Part shown: in pieces, positions 9,788 through 23,298 of the stretch
Numbering within the stretch: position 1 is the first letter of the stretch
Layout: each line of letters opens with the position of its first letter
Source: Selaginella moellendorffii
Taxonomy: Eukaryota; Plantae; Lycopodiophyta
DNA: 64,000 nt
Assembly (NCBI RefSeq): GCF_000143415.4
Contig: NW_003314317.1
Span: 726,296 to 790,295, forward strand
Reading direction: 5' to 3'
Notes under the pieces: model-generated
Database searches by the model: none
The model's input: only the letters and a program-made list of their open reading frames with translations
Told to the model about the DNA's origin: nothing
Translations under genes and position numbers: made by a program

Positions 9788-12700
9788 CTCTCCCCCCCTT
9801 GGGAAGATTGACGTCCTCGTCAATGCATACTCGAGTCTAGAATACTGCCAAGGAAACAACTCCAGAAAAAGTTCACGGTATTCACACTATGTGAGAAATG
9901 CACCAACTTAAATGAGTTAGGAGGCAACCTCTATGTCTAACGCGGATATGCTACAAGCTCAAACACCTTCTGGCCGTCGCCGACAAGGAAATGACCAATG
10001 AAGTCAGCCACCCTTGCTGCTCTGGGAGTCACCCAGCTTACAAAAGTGTGATACACCCCTGCCCGCAAGGACATAGAGAGAGAAGCCAGAGGCCCCAACC
10101 CTCCTGAGCAAAGAAACCAAACCCGTCAGTAAGGTTTAGATAGACTACTGTAAACAGGCAGTTAGAGTTGTTTACACGGTCACGCCCTTTTAACAGAATA
10201 AAGAACATCGACAGAGAGGCGGGTGATGTGACCAGTCGACAGTAGCTACCCCATGACTAGAGATTTCACCATGCACACGAAGTGCTGAAGCCAGTCTACC
10301 TATACTGGTCCAAACTCAAAGATCAATAGATGGAAAATATCAAAGTCAGAGACAATGATATCTTAGAAGCTTAATTATTAGTGATTATATCTTAGAGTAG
10401 AACACAAAAGTATTCTAAGCAAGTTATCATCCGATAAACCAATATAATAGTGTAGGAACCACCAAGATCATCATAATTGGTAAACACAAGAATCACCATC
10501 CAACAAAATTCAATAGCAAGTATATCATCAAGGAAACTCAAGGATGAAACTTAACTACTAAAGATTGTAGACAGTATGTGAAACAATTTATAACAGATAA
10601 CTCAAAGAACACAAAGTATCATTAACTGGCAAGCAAAATGCTCACGAATGTATCACCAAAAGGAAATAACATTCCAACATATCAAAACTAACTCAAGTAG
10701 TAATCAACAAAACAAAATGAATGTGGCAAGACCAACAAACACTCTTTTATGCCAACTATCACACTAGCTAATCCGAATAGATCACAGCCAACAACACCAA
10801 GGAACTCAAGCAAGTGCCAGCCACATTCTACTAACGTCTCAAACCCAAGAGACCAATCCAAAGCAAACCACAAAGAACATGTGGTATTGCAAAATGCTAG
10901 AAGCCATCAAAGAGAATAATTAACTATCATAAAAGATCATCAACCATCCCATCAATAAAGAGATGTATAATCATTGTTGAAGAAAGAATCTACCATCCTG
11001 AAGAACGGCAACTCAGTCTATACCAACAATAATCAAGCAAAACCTTTTTGACAAAGATAATCAACTATCCCAGATGATAGTCAATCATCACCAATGATTG
11101 CCAGATGCAAATACTAACTTCAACATCGAAGCTAATGAGCTAAAATGCCTTCCTCAACAACTCTTAACAAATGGAATAATGAGGATGAAAACTCAAAGAA
11201 CCAAAAGTTTGAAGAAGCTTATAGCAACGTTTTCCTTAACAATGATCACAAGTCTAACATGAACTAGTTTTGATGCTAAAGAAGAAATCATGGTACAACC
11301 CACAATATCTTCCTCAGCACATCCATAGCCAAACTTCATAATGCAAAGCTAATGAAGAGCATATTTGCATCAATCCAAAAGCCAAGTACAATGGAGCTAT
11401 GCTCAACAAGTGATCATCAAATTGATCCTCCATGAATCTATCTATAGCAAGACGTAACTCACTTCATAACAAACACAAAAAGAATCATCAATGATCGATA
11501 TATTCCAACTCAAACCCAATAAGGATTCAAACTTTCAAATATCGATCACTAACTCTTCTGTTTGTAGAGTTAGCATAGTCCACAACTAAATCATTTTTCA
11601 AGGAAAAGCCAGAGCTCAACCCCTACTAAATAATCTTGTCTACAACACAATTAACTCAAACTTGCCACTTAGTTTATTTGAACGTCAACACAGTTGCTAA
11701 TTAGCAAATGCACAAATGCCAATAACACAAAGTCATAGCTAAACCATCAACACTATCTTTATCAAAACTAATGAAACTCGACATCTATCTTAAGGAGAAA
11801 CATCTCATCTCACTTGTATCTCAACATCAATAATGTCAATGACAAGGCATCACTTCAATACCATCAACACCAGAACAAAGCTAGAAGAAAGTAAGAGTAA
11901 ATCACCACTCATAACTTTCTAGCAACCAAGCTAACCAAATTCGAAGATACTTTAGTTAGTATCCGAGACAATCCTTCAGCAAAACTCAGTTACAGATAAC
12001 ACATTATCGAGGAGTGAATTACCACATCCAAAACTCAATGAAATCCAACACTACAGACTAAACACAACCAAATGATATCAACAAAGGTAGAGTCGAAATG
12101 CCAACATGGAAAACCCACGTAAGTGTAACAACACGATCCTCTGCAACACCATCCGGTAAAGCAAGCTCATCACTACTAAATCATCATCGAGTGAAGCAAG
12201 TGTCACAGTCCTTGACGAAGTCTACAAGAAATCACTAGTTGCAAAGCAACCAACAATCACTTGTCTTGCCTTTCACAAGTCCCAAACACTAACTCATGCC
12301 ATTGAGTTACACACTTATCCAACATGAACGTAATACCCCAGCTATGAGATAAAGGTTCATGGACAAGCACGAACTAAATGACCACTCGAATCCAACTCAA
12401 CCGCGATAAGCTCACCAATGCATTTAACTACTAGCTCTGAGCATGCCTTGAAGAGGCTAGCTATGCATGATCAACACTTAGCCGAAACTAAAGTGAAGAC
12501 TATGAGATGAACTCATATCGGTACACAACCTCCTCTTAAACGAAGCTATAGTACGGGTACCAACATCTCAACTACAAATAACTAAGTTGAACATCACCAT
12601 CCTCAGCTATGGTGCAGAGCCACCAAGACCAAGTCATGATCAGTGAGAGCTCATTACTCTCATAAAGTTTAATGAAATGTAAGGTGCAACCTGCCACCAA

Positions 12701-13144
12701 GCATAATGCTACAGAAGAGAGGCACAAGGGTCACCTTTCTTGAAAAGCGCAACGGCCACTTTTCTACAACAACTCCAGACTCTATCCAACTCAATTGCTT
12801 TAGCTTCAAAGGTTAGCATCCCCTTTCGGGCTGCATCATACAAACTACCTACTAAGGTTTAGGTTAACCAAAGTCAACTCCAACCCCTTCACTAGTTTAT
12901 ATTAACTTTCAAAAACGGACTGGTTTTCGAGCAAAATGACCAACAAATCAGCCATTGGATAAGTCTAAGAAAATTTGTAGAAAATTTCCATCCTAGAGAA
13001 AGAATGACTCTCAGTCTAGGAATACAAACTTTCAAGACTCAACCAACTTCTTTCTACCAACAACTTCACATAGTAGTTCCCGAGTGTTCAAAGAGAGGGC
13101 TTTGAACGAAAATCGATGGTTAAAGACTTTCACGCTTATGCATG
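9788..13144 (-). mobile_element. Highly degenerate LTR-retrotransposon internal region
   Basis: Lies between the PPT/LTR and other LTR sequence. CpG-poor, no long ORF; protein domains not confidently readable. Confidence 0.5.
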
Positions 13145-14251
13145 TGTAGTGCACGTGGTTTTGACCCTTTATCCTATGGTGATTTACCATAGGATAACAC
13201 CACGAAGCGGAACCTAAACCCTCTTTGTGCCACGTGACAGATGCCACGTGTCACATTCCACGTGTCCATGCCACGTGTCCATAAGAACCCAAGGTTCAGG
13301 GCCTTGGGCCACTGAACAAAGGAACGGTGCCAAACTCCCAAGCATGGAGCTAAGGAATGATGGAACCAAACCACAGAGCAACTCCTAAGCATAAAACCCA
13401 AAGAGCGAAGGAACAGGAGCCCGGAGCGACTTGGAACAGTCCTAGAGTAACCAGCATCCCAATGCCAGGACCAGCACACAAAATGGAGACAAACGGAGTC
13501 TGGCGCTATTTCGGCATACCGGTGGTCTAATGCGAAGACATGGGTACTCCACCAGCTAGCATGGAATGGAACTTGGGCTTAGACCCAAGCCAGATGCAAA
13601 ACAAAGAGAGGCACACAAGTGGGAGCTAGACTATGTTTCAGGTTGGTCAGTCATGCCTGACCTACCCATTATCCCTACTATACATTTGGAACCCCTTTCA
13701 CCCCAAGCCTTCCTTAGTATCAGGAGTTAGTCTCTGGGACAAGCTCGAAACTTACTAAATATGGAATGTCCTTAGATTGCGAATTTGGACACAGGACGAA
13801 CACCATTGTGTTCAGGCCAATCTCTACATTCCGTAGATATGCCAAATGAGCAAATCTAGACACTTTCCATAAATAGCATTTGGGACCGAAATGAGACTAA
13901 CACAAAGGGCATGATAGCGAGGGTGTTTGGCAGACACGGTAAGCTATCATTTAGTGATATTGAGGGACCAATCTCAATATCGCGGGGGTTCTTGATACTA
14001 GCAAGTGCAAGCCAATGACTCAAGTTTCTCAAACCAGGCCGAGTATGCTCAGCAAGAAACACATAGGGTTCCTACCTTATGTTTATCCAATCTAAGTACA
14101 TGGTCATTGACCAGTTTCTCAACTAGCTCAAGTGGGAAACTGATAACGAGTCCAGCAATACCGACCTTTTGCCATCGTGGCAGTAAGGAAAGAATATCCG
14201 AAAGGACTAGCCGACAGGTAACTTTCGATACCTGAAGTTACATTCGCGGCA
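13145..14251 (-). mobile_element. Solo LTR (family A, ~1.1 kb) with 5-bp TSD GCATG
   Basis: TG...CA termini. GCATG at 13140-13144 and 14252-14256. Homologous copies at 9363-9787 and (inverted) 18280-19166. Confidence 0.92.
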
Positions 14252-16237
14252 GCATGAACCATGTTACAGTGGTCAGATGACTTGCTAAGTGAGATTGGCA
14301 AGTCGGGGGAACGAATACTCTAGTTGAAGGAGCCAACTTCAAAGGGGTGGCCCATGGGGCCAAGCATGGAGGAGTCCATGTGTGATCACAGACTTGTCAA
14401 GTGAGAAGACTTGGCAGTGCGGAGGAACTAGGTTACTAAGCGGTGATCTATAGCGCACTTTAAGAATAAGTTGGTGCACCGGCATGGGGAGTCACGCCAG
14501 GCATCTTGTGCGATGCCGTCCATAGATGCATATACAGAGGTTGGGTTCGAGTCCTGACTCTCTAGTGTTTGGGTTTGAGTCCCAAATCACTAGGGCATGG
14601 TGATGGTTTGGAATATAAGGACACTCATTTTTCGGTGGTCATAGACTCTCAGTGAGAAGACTGGTTTGGGCACACTGCCAAGTGAGGGATGCCTCGGAGT
14701 CGTGATGCACAGTTAGATTGCTTAGTGTGGCTTGGCATATCTAACTTGAACACTTGGTGCGAGTGGCACCAAGGACGTGGTGAATGAGATGGGGACACCC
14801 AGTCTCAGTTGCTATAAACCCTTAGCCGGGAGGGCTGGCTTGGGTGCACCGCCAAGTGTGGGGGATGCCCCCAGGGTTATGGTGAACAACTTAAAAGTCT
14901 GGAAGATGTAATACCTATTGGCAAACCTGTTAAGGTGCCAAGGTGTGATCACTAGGTGATCTTATGGCTAAAATAAGGACAAAGTCCTTGTGAAGTTAAG
15001 GGATAAAGTTCTTAGTTCAAAGTGTTGGTTTGAACTATTGATGATGGTGTGGCTTGGTCAATGTGACTAAGTGGGAAAAACACCTAAGGGAAATGATTTG
15101 TGACTATGTGATAGCATAGTGAGTCCAAAAAAAATAGTCTTTATAAGAGATCCATGGGAGATGTACTAGGGGTGAACACCCTCTAAACTTGGCAAATCAA
15201 TGTCTTTGCTATGGAACCAAAAGGATACCTCAAGAATGAAGGTGGTGATCCGATGTTGCTAAGTGCAACAATCAAGGATAGGAGCAAAAGACTAATGGCT
15301 AAGAAAAGAGCTATGGGAATCATGGGAAAGAATCCAAAATGCAAAGGTAAGCCAAGAACACTAGTGTGTTTGGTGTTAACAGATTGTGGGAAAGGCAATG
15401 TGTTTCTAAGGATGGATTCCGAATTGCTCCGATTTGGCGAAAATGGAAGCTCCAAGGGAGGGAGCGATAAGGTAGCCAAATGATAGGGCCATGGACAACC
15501 CTAGCACAAAGTATGATAACTGAAACTTAGTGCCTAAGGTGGCACGAAATAGAAAAGAGGATGATAGTGCCCTCAAATAGAGAACTTCCTAGGATGGGGA
15601 AGTAGAGTTGCACGATATATGCAACACAAGGTGTCGGAGACACCTAAGAAATTGACTTTGACAAGTCAAAAGTAAAAGTTCCAAAGTGCAAAGATTATAT
15701 CGATGGAAACTGAGACCACTTGAGAAGGAGTAGTGGATTGAGATAGAGACAGTGTCTTTAACAGGTTTAGTGAGGACTAAACCAATAAATGGAGAAAACC
15801 ACCACAAGTGGTCAAATAAGTCTCTAAGTTGGAGAGACTATGTTCCTTAGAGGATGGACAAGGCATAGTGAGCCTTTAATGTCAAACCATAGATAAACTT
15901 TGGCTGGGTGCCAAGGATGGAAATGGTAATACGGGTGTTACTTTATAAAAGGGGTTTACTGTTCGATGAGGACATCGAACTTCGTTTATGGGTGGTGGAG
16001 TTGTGAGACACAAAATCCCTAGGCCCCAAAGTGGAGCTGAAAGGGCACCATATGGTAGTGGCCAAAGCGAAGGCCAAACGAGCGTAACACGTTTGGACTA
16101 AAAGCTCCAACTTGAAATGGTCGAGAGTGGGAGTGGAACTCCCAACAAAGTGCTCGAAGAACAAGCATGAAGTGAAAAATAAGTGAGTCTCTAGAAAAGA
16201 GACACAAGAGGACTGACACATGACACGTGGAAGTGTC

Positions 16238-17260
16238 CGAGATGGACCCAAAATGGACCCGAGATGGAGTCCGAGATGGTGCAAGCTCTTGAGTTTGGAC
16301 TTCCCGAGAGGTCACCCAACCCAATGCTATTCAAACCCAAGGACGCTTAACCCTAAATATCCCAAAACCCTTAACCGATTGGAAAAGGGAGTGCACTCTT
16401 GTTCATAAGCCCTTTCCCTCTATATTTGAACCCCATGGATTGTCTCTCGAGTCGTTCCTTTTGGTTACTTACAATCCACCACGCTTCCCTGCAAGTTCAC
16501 GCCCTCGTGAACGAAAGCTAAGAGCCGTAACTCTCCCAAGAGCCCCGCTCTCTTGACACCCTACCCCTCGAGTCGAGCCTAGCGGGAGCAAACTGGACCA
16601 GCCAGATGTCAATCAACATGTGGTGTGATTCCCCTAGCCAACCAATAGAGTCGGACCCGAGACCCCTCTGATACCAAATGGACCAGCCAGATGTCAATCA
16701 ATATGTGGTGTGATTCCCCTAGCCAACCAACAGAGTCGGACCCAAGACCCCTCTGATACCAAATGTAAGCTCTTGAGTTTAGACTTCCCGAGAGGTCACC
16801 CAACCCAGTACTATTCAAACCCAAGGATGTTTAACCCCAAATATCCCAAGACCCTTAACCGATTGGAAAAGGGGCCCTTTCCCTTTATATTTGAACCCCA
16901 TGGATCGTCTCTCGAGTCGTTCCCTTTGGTTGCTTACAGATGGATCTGAGATGGACCCGAGATGGACCCAAGATGGAGTCTGAGATGGAGTCCGAGATGG
17001 ATCTGAGATGGAGTCCGAGATGGACCCAAGATGGAGTCCGAGATGGAGTCTGAGATGGACCCGAGATGGAGTCCAAGATGGAGTTCGAGATGGACCCGAG
17101 ATGGACCCGAGATGGAGTCCGAGATGGACCCAAGATGGAGTCCGAAGTCGAGACTGAGACCGAGACCGAGACCGAGATCGAGGCCGAGGCCGAGACCGAG
17201 CCCGAGCCTGAGTTCGAGTCCGAGTCCAAGTCCGAGTCCAAGTCCAAGTTCGAGTCTGAG
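16238..17260 (+). repeat. Tandem array of 11-12-bp units (GAGATGGACCC/GAGATGGAGTCC) grading into 6-bp units (GAGACC/GAGTCC), split by the TRIM
   Basis: Directly visible at 16238-16279 and 16939-17260. Confidence 0.9.
16280..16938 (-). mobile_element. Cassandra-type TRIM (short LTRs containing 5S rRNA internal promoter sequence)
   Basis: LTRs 16280-16473 and 16763-16938 (TG..CA). PBS TGGTATCAGAG (tRNA-iMet) at 16760-16750, purine-rich PPT 16490-16474, TSD GATGG on both sides. LTR minus strand reads GTTAAGCGTCCTTGGG...GGGTGACCTCTCGGGAAGTCC, similar to plant 5S rRNA A/IE/C boxes. Confidence 0.9.
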
Positions 17261-18279
17261 AGGGTGAAAGCCCAAAGCGTTCGTCTCCTAGACCCTAGGG
17301 GGTTTGGTGAGCTCCAAAAGTATAGTGAGGGGGAGGACTACAGTGGAGCTGGCCAGGAAAGGCTAGTTTGGCCCAGAAGGGCTGTACCCAGTGTTGGGTG
17401 ATGAGTTGCCCACTGGGAAGTCCAAGACTAGAGTGAACACGGACTGACAAACGGGGTAGCTTGGTGAAGTGTTCAAGAGCCGGCTCTAGTTCCCCCGGGA
17501 AATCGACTGGCCGATGCTCCCAGTCCAAGTGTGGGTGGCACTACCTACTTGGATACCTGGTGTGGCTCAACAGAACCTCGCTCTAAGCCCATGGCTAGAG
17601 CACCTAAAGGCAAAAGGCGGGGAGAGTACCCATGAGGCTTGCGTAAGGCCACGGTGTTCCGAAATGTTGTTCCAAAGTCCCAAATGGTGAAAGGGAAGAG
17701 GAGCAATCCTCTAGTGCAGTGACCAAGGATACGGTCACATGGTGAGGAAGTCCTAAAGGATAGTGGGACTTAGAGGTCGGGCCTACGGGCCTTGATCTAG
17801 TGGCAGTGTTGGCGAACACGGCCATGGACAAAAAGGGACTTGGTGGGGACTGGAAAAGAGTTATCGGGGAAGGCTATTCCCCATGTCTGTGAGCATCCTA
17901 AGGATGCTAAGGAGTAGATCTGGGATGATCACTCACGGACGGATGGCCCAGTCTTTGAAAGACGGGACTATGATGCAGGTGGCGTTAGACCACCGGTGTG
18001 ACCAAGGTGAACGGGCATGGCCTTAGTGTAACAGGCCGATATGTCGGTGGTACCTTGGGGTGTCGGTCATGGGATCGGACACGTGGAGCACTTGGACCAA
18101 GTGCAAAGGTTAAGTGGCATGGATGCCATTCTCAGGGCTAGCAAGCCCTAAGTCCTAACTGGGATTTATAGAGGTTGTGAATGAGACTCCTCCAAGTGGT
18201 CGGAGGTGCGGTTAAGTGACTAAAGTAAAATGGAAAAATTAATCGCTTACACCTGGCTCTTAGTTTTCTTTTGCTCTGT

Positions 18280-19166
18280 CTTGCACTGGCTTGACAAGAA
18301 CCCTCACATATTGAGACTAATCCCTCAACATCGCTAGATGATAGCTTACCGTGTCTGCCAAACACCCTCGCTATCATGCCCTTTGTGTTAGTCTCATTTC
18401 GGTCCCAAATACTAATTATGGAAAGTGTCTAAATTTGCTCATTTGGCATATCTACAGAGTGTAGAGATTTGCCTGAACACAATGGTGTTCGTTTCATGTC
18501 CAAATTTGCAATCTAGCACTATTCCATATTTAGTAAGTTTTGAGCTTGTCCCAGAGACTAACTCCTAATACTAAATTAAGCTTGGGGTGAAAGCCCAAAG
18601 CGTGTGTTCCTCAAGGGAGGTTCCAAATGTATAGTAGGGATAGTGGGTAGGTTGGGCATGGCCAACCAACCTAAAGCATAGTCTAGCTCCTGCTTGCGTG
18701 CCTGTCCTTGTTCTGCGTCCGACTTAGGTCTAAGCCCAAGTTCCATTCCATGCTAACTAGTGGAGTACCCATGTCCTTGCGTTAGGCCACCGATATGCCA
18801 AAATAGCGCCAGATTCCGTTTGGCTCTATTTTATGTGCTGGTCCTGGCATTGGGATGCTAGATACTCTAGGATTGTTCCAAGTCGCTCCAGGCTCATATC
18901 CCTTTGCTCCTTGGGCTATATGCTCAGGAGTTGCTCCCCAGACTAGTTCCATCACTCCTTGGCTCCATGCTTGGGAGTTTATCACTGTTCCTTTGTTCAG
19001 TGGCCCAAGGCCTTGAACCTCGGGTTCCACACCATTGTCCTTTGGACACGTGGCATATGACACGTGCCATGTGTCACGTGGCATAAAGAGGGTTTAGGTT
19101 CCGCTTCATGGTGTTATCTTATGGTAAATCACCATAGAATAAAAGGTAAAAACCACATGTGCTACA
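18280..19166 (+). mobile_element. Partial family A LTR, inverted relative to the solo LTR
   Basis: Reverse complement of ~13145-14010; ends ...gtgctaCA at 19166. Confidence 0.85.
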
Positions 19167-21299
19167 TCCTCATACTAAGATTTAACATTATATGCTAAAT
19201 ATGGTTTGCACATGGGACTTTTTTTGAGTTTGGTAACTGTAACAATGAAAGTAATCCTCCATATCATAGAACCAGTCCTCCACATTTTTAGTTATTCACT
19301 CTCTTGAAGATTGGTGAATGCTTTGGTTTGTACTTAAGAATTGTTTATAGGACCAACTCCATCTTGATTTACTTAACTTTTTTGGTTCAACCTTAGTACC
19401 CACTAAGGGGTTTATGCCTTCTGCATTGTCTGTATCTACAATCTTTTACCTCTCATCATGCTTTGATGAGTGTCTTTAACAAAGCATTGGTATAAATTTG
19501 TTATGATTTAGAGCACTACAACCCTGATTGTAGTGCTCTCAACTTATGTGGAATGGTGCTTAACTTGAGTATCATAATGCTCATTAGTCCTTGCCTTTTC
19601 TTAGGAGTTTAAGCCTTTTTTTTATGATGGAGTTGTGGGGTTTAGGGAAAATTTTATTTTGGACATATGCCATTGAAGTTATTAGAGCTAAAGAAGGCAA
19701 GTGGTGGAACTTATAAGAATATCCTTGTAATTGATGCAAATATTAAAGTTATTATTGCTATTAGGAGTGAAGTTAATGTATGGCAAACAATTTGTAATGA
19801 TAGTTTTGGAGGGGAGGTATACTTGGAGGTGAATCTAAGGTGGGTAGCCTAACAAACTTATGCAAGCTTTTAAAATATATGAAAAAAATAAAACATGTGT
19901 ATTTAAATTGTTGTAATACACATGTGTGACTCGCAAAGTAATATTTGCATATGCCCATGAGCTTGTGAGCCCATATGTTATGGAGTATAAATCCCATAAT
20001 AACAGTAGATCTTACTATGTATTAAATTTAGATCTTATTATGGAATCAAACTAGGTTGCACTACATTAGGAGCCATCTGAGTCCATGAAGATATGTTCTT
20101 GAAAGCTGGTAAGCAAAATTCTATCAAATTCTCATTGAAAGAGAACAACTGTTATTCCTTAAAATTGGTGAGGACCAAAACTCCTAAAATAGGCAGATCA
20201 TTCCTAAATCTAGAGAAAGAAAAGACTCAATATGTAAGAAAGTTCAGCAACATACACCTACAAACTTACTTGATCTTTCAAAGAAATGTGAATGGTGTCT
20301 TCAGCCAATTCTCAACTTTGTTGGGCACAATGCATGGCTTCTTCTTTGTCTACTACTTATGCTAAGAGTGGAAAGCTAAAGCTTTAGCATCCCTTGCTTC
20401 CTTATTTCATACTCCTTCCTTTTTGCATCTCTTTTCCTTGGTCTCTCTCTCTCTTTATAGAGTGAGATTGGTGTTGTTGGTGGAATTTGGATTACTCAAA
20501 GAATTAGAACTGGGATTCCTCTTGAAGCTTGAGCCAAATAAAAAAGGATGATAGTGGTGGAGGAGGAGCATAATTTCTATAGTGCAGTTTATTATGGCAA
20601 GGCTGATGATGATGCCCTCCCCCTCCATCATAACTCAAGCTCACAAGTGAAATCCCAAGCTAGCTTGCAAATCTCCCCAACTTTGTGATCCTAGACATCA
20701 CCATTCATGGGATCCATCCTTGACAAGCTGTTGCATGACATATGATACAATCAGTTTATGTCTCCATTGACCCAAAATCTTGAGGAGCCAAGAAAAACAA
20801 AAATCAGCCATTGATTGGTTATCACAATATCTTGCACTTTCTTGTATATACAAAGCTCCATGATTGTGGATTTAATCAAATTACTCAAAAAATTAAAAAA
20901 AGGAGATGATATGTTGCACAAATGGCATGAAGTGTCTATGCACTTGGCATGTTCCATGTAATATTATAATGTATGTTTAGATTGCTTATATAGCAATCTA
21001 AAGTGACTGGGTGATTGGGCGTATAATATTTTTATGTGTAAACTCAAAAAATAAAAATAAAAATCCAGTGTAAATATATAATGTTCCCACATGCAATTAC
21101 ATATTTATTGCCACAGCTAATGTTGGTTCAACATAAAATCAATGAATTATAATCATTGATGCAATTGCCAGATTTAGGTACTTGCAATGCTAAAGTTTTT
21201 TTTTATGAGAATTTCTCATGCTCTGAGACATTATTAATTGTAACTATAATACAGTAAACCAGACATTTGAGTTGCTTATTAGCACTGGACATGTCACCG

Positions 21300-23035
21300 A
21301 ACATATGGAGGACATCTTCCTAGATCTCCAAAGGAGAGGAGAGTCGGAGATAGAACCAAAAATTTCTCAACAACTTTGTTTCTTATTTGGCTACGTGAAA
21401 GGAGAACAAATGCATCAGGCTTCTCGATTTTTCTTCCTCCGCCCAACGGTGTGGAGCAGCCACCGTGCCTGCTTCACCTCTTGCGATTGCAGAGTGACGG
21501 GTCAGAACTCGAAAGAAGGGAGAGTTTCCTCGTCACTTCCGCCAAAGTTCACTCTCTTCGTTTCCAAATCGTCGTCCGCGATCAAGCAATCTGCGTGTTG
21601 TACCCAGGTCATCGACTCTACAACGTCATTCTGGCCGCATTCTCGCCGGCACTCCATAGTTAAGCTCGATACGTCATGGTCTTGAACAATAGAGAGAGGC
21701 ACGCTCTACACAACCGGAAGGAATTAGAGAGACTCCTGCTCTACTCAAGAAACTCAGATCACCTCGAGCATCCATCCGATGTATTTTACGTTGTTCATGG
21801 TTCATGTCCAAATCTCCATGCCTTGGGCTGCAAATGCAAAGATGATACTTTAGAAAAGCGCAGGAAAGAAAGAGGAAAGTGAGCTACTCACTGTCAAACC
21901 CGAGCGGGCAAACTGTGTAGTGCCATCGACCTTGGGAGATAGAATGGCGTTATTTCCTCCCGGACGTCGTCGGGCATCTTAGAAAGCCGCCTCGTCGTCT
22001 GATTCATCACCACCCGGGTGCTGCAAGATGAATGCTTTCATCACAATCAAATCTCACAGCACACCTTGTTGCTCTGGCCAAAATCTGGCCCGACTTGTAG
22101 TCTCGCATGAGGCGCATGTCATTTTTATCCGCCACCCAAGTATCTATCTCAGCGCATCGCCCCTACAAAGATCCACAAAGATCGTCACAAAGTTTGGGAC
22201 AGAAAAAGAAATCAAAAGAAGAAAGTGAGCATACCATGAAGCATTGGACATGCACTCCCGACACCACCCATGGTGCCGGATCATTGCATGCGTTGCTCCA
22301 AATCCATCTCCAGCAAGCCTGGACATCCAGACGTGGTTTAACGCAACCTCCTGGAAAACCATCACTAGAAACTTTGTGATCACTTTTCCAGAGCTTAAGA
22401 AGAGCTGCGAGAGAGCTCACTCACCTGGAAATGGTTCATGAGTGGAGGCCATCTTGTCCACCCCGAGGTCTGGCGATAGACGAGCCTGCCTTCCACGAGC
22501 CTGCCCTGCCTTAGAGATTCCAGCGCCAGACTGTAAGGCCGAGGCGATACCACCAGGAGTGCTGCTATGGCTGCCAGCACCTTGTTGAGCGAGGAAGCGC
22601 CCCCTCTTGCAACTCCGGCCGGGATTTCTTCAGCTTGGAGGATTCCAGGCGTACATTAAACAATGGAATGTCATCTTGTTGGTGACTGGTAAACAATGTA
22701 AGGCCCCGTCACTGCAACCGGTCGTTGCACATTCTCCGTCACAATAGCACCTGTTGATCCATCATTCTTCAAGGGATCCAGGTGCCTCTACGAAGTGATA
22801 CTGACCGTGGTACACCGGAGCAGGAAAACGAAAAGCGAACTGTCCATAGAGCTGACCATCGGCGTAAAACGGAGCTGGGGGGAGTACTGGCTGTATGGCT
22901 GCGAAGCATAGCCATTACTTAGAACAAGGCTCTCGGGTTTGTTGATTTCGTGGCCTGCAAGCAAAAGCACACACAATTGCCCAAGGAAAAACAAAGTAGA
23001 TTTCCTGACAAACTTACCGGATCTAGCCCATTAAG
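21300..23035 (-). pseudogene. Probable multi-exon pseudogene of unknown family
   Basis: GC-balanced exon-like blocks bounded by GT/AG sites on the minus strand, with in-frame stops. No recognisable motif. Confidence 0.3.
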
Positions 23036-23298
23036 ACCAACGTAACGACCAGTCCGTCGTCCCTGGATATATCAAAGAGAGGAAACGATCAAAGCGCATT
23101 TTGTACCAAAAGACATGATGAGAAGTTCCGATATTTTTTCACTTGTAGGTTCATGGCTCCAATCGACACCACCAATACCATAGCACATGAAAACACATTT
23201 GGGAGCCTGGATAAAAAACGTAAAACACTCGTTAGGGGAGAAAAATAAAATAAAAGAAATAGCAGGAGTATGAACTCCACAAAAATAATAAACGACCG

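Larger units (their letters stand above)
14262..18033 (-). mobile_element. Possible long LTR / decayed retroelement segment (family B) hosting the tandem array and the Cassandra TRIM
   Basis: Begins TGTTACAg and ends gTGTAACA (inverted termini). On the minus strand the end is followed by TGGTTC (PBS-like), into which the solo LTR inserted. Shares ggtgaaagcccaaagcgt with the family A LTR (17263 vs 18586). Confidence 0.4.

Noticed and set aside
16295-16860. Functional 5S rRNA genes
   Set aside because: Only the internal ~60 nt matches, and both copies lie inside TRIM LTRs.
16885-17401. Low-complexity ORFs (MESEMDPRW, LGLGL, DSISDS)
   Set aside because: Translation artefacts of the 11-12-bp and 6-bp tandem array.
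19200-21250. Identifiable TE or gene in the AT-rich stretch
   Set aside because: No terminal repeats, TSD or readable protein motif found by eye.
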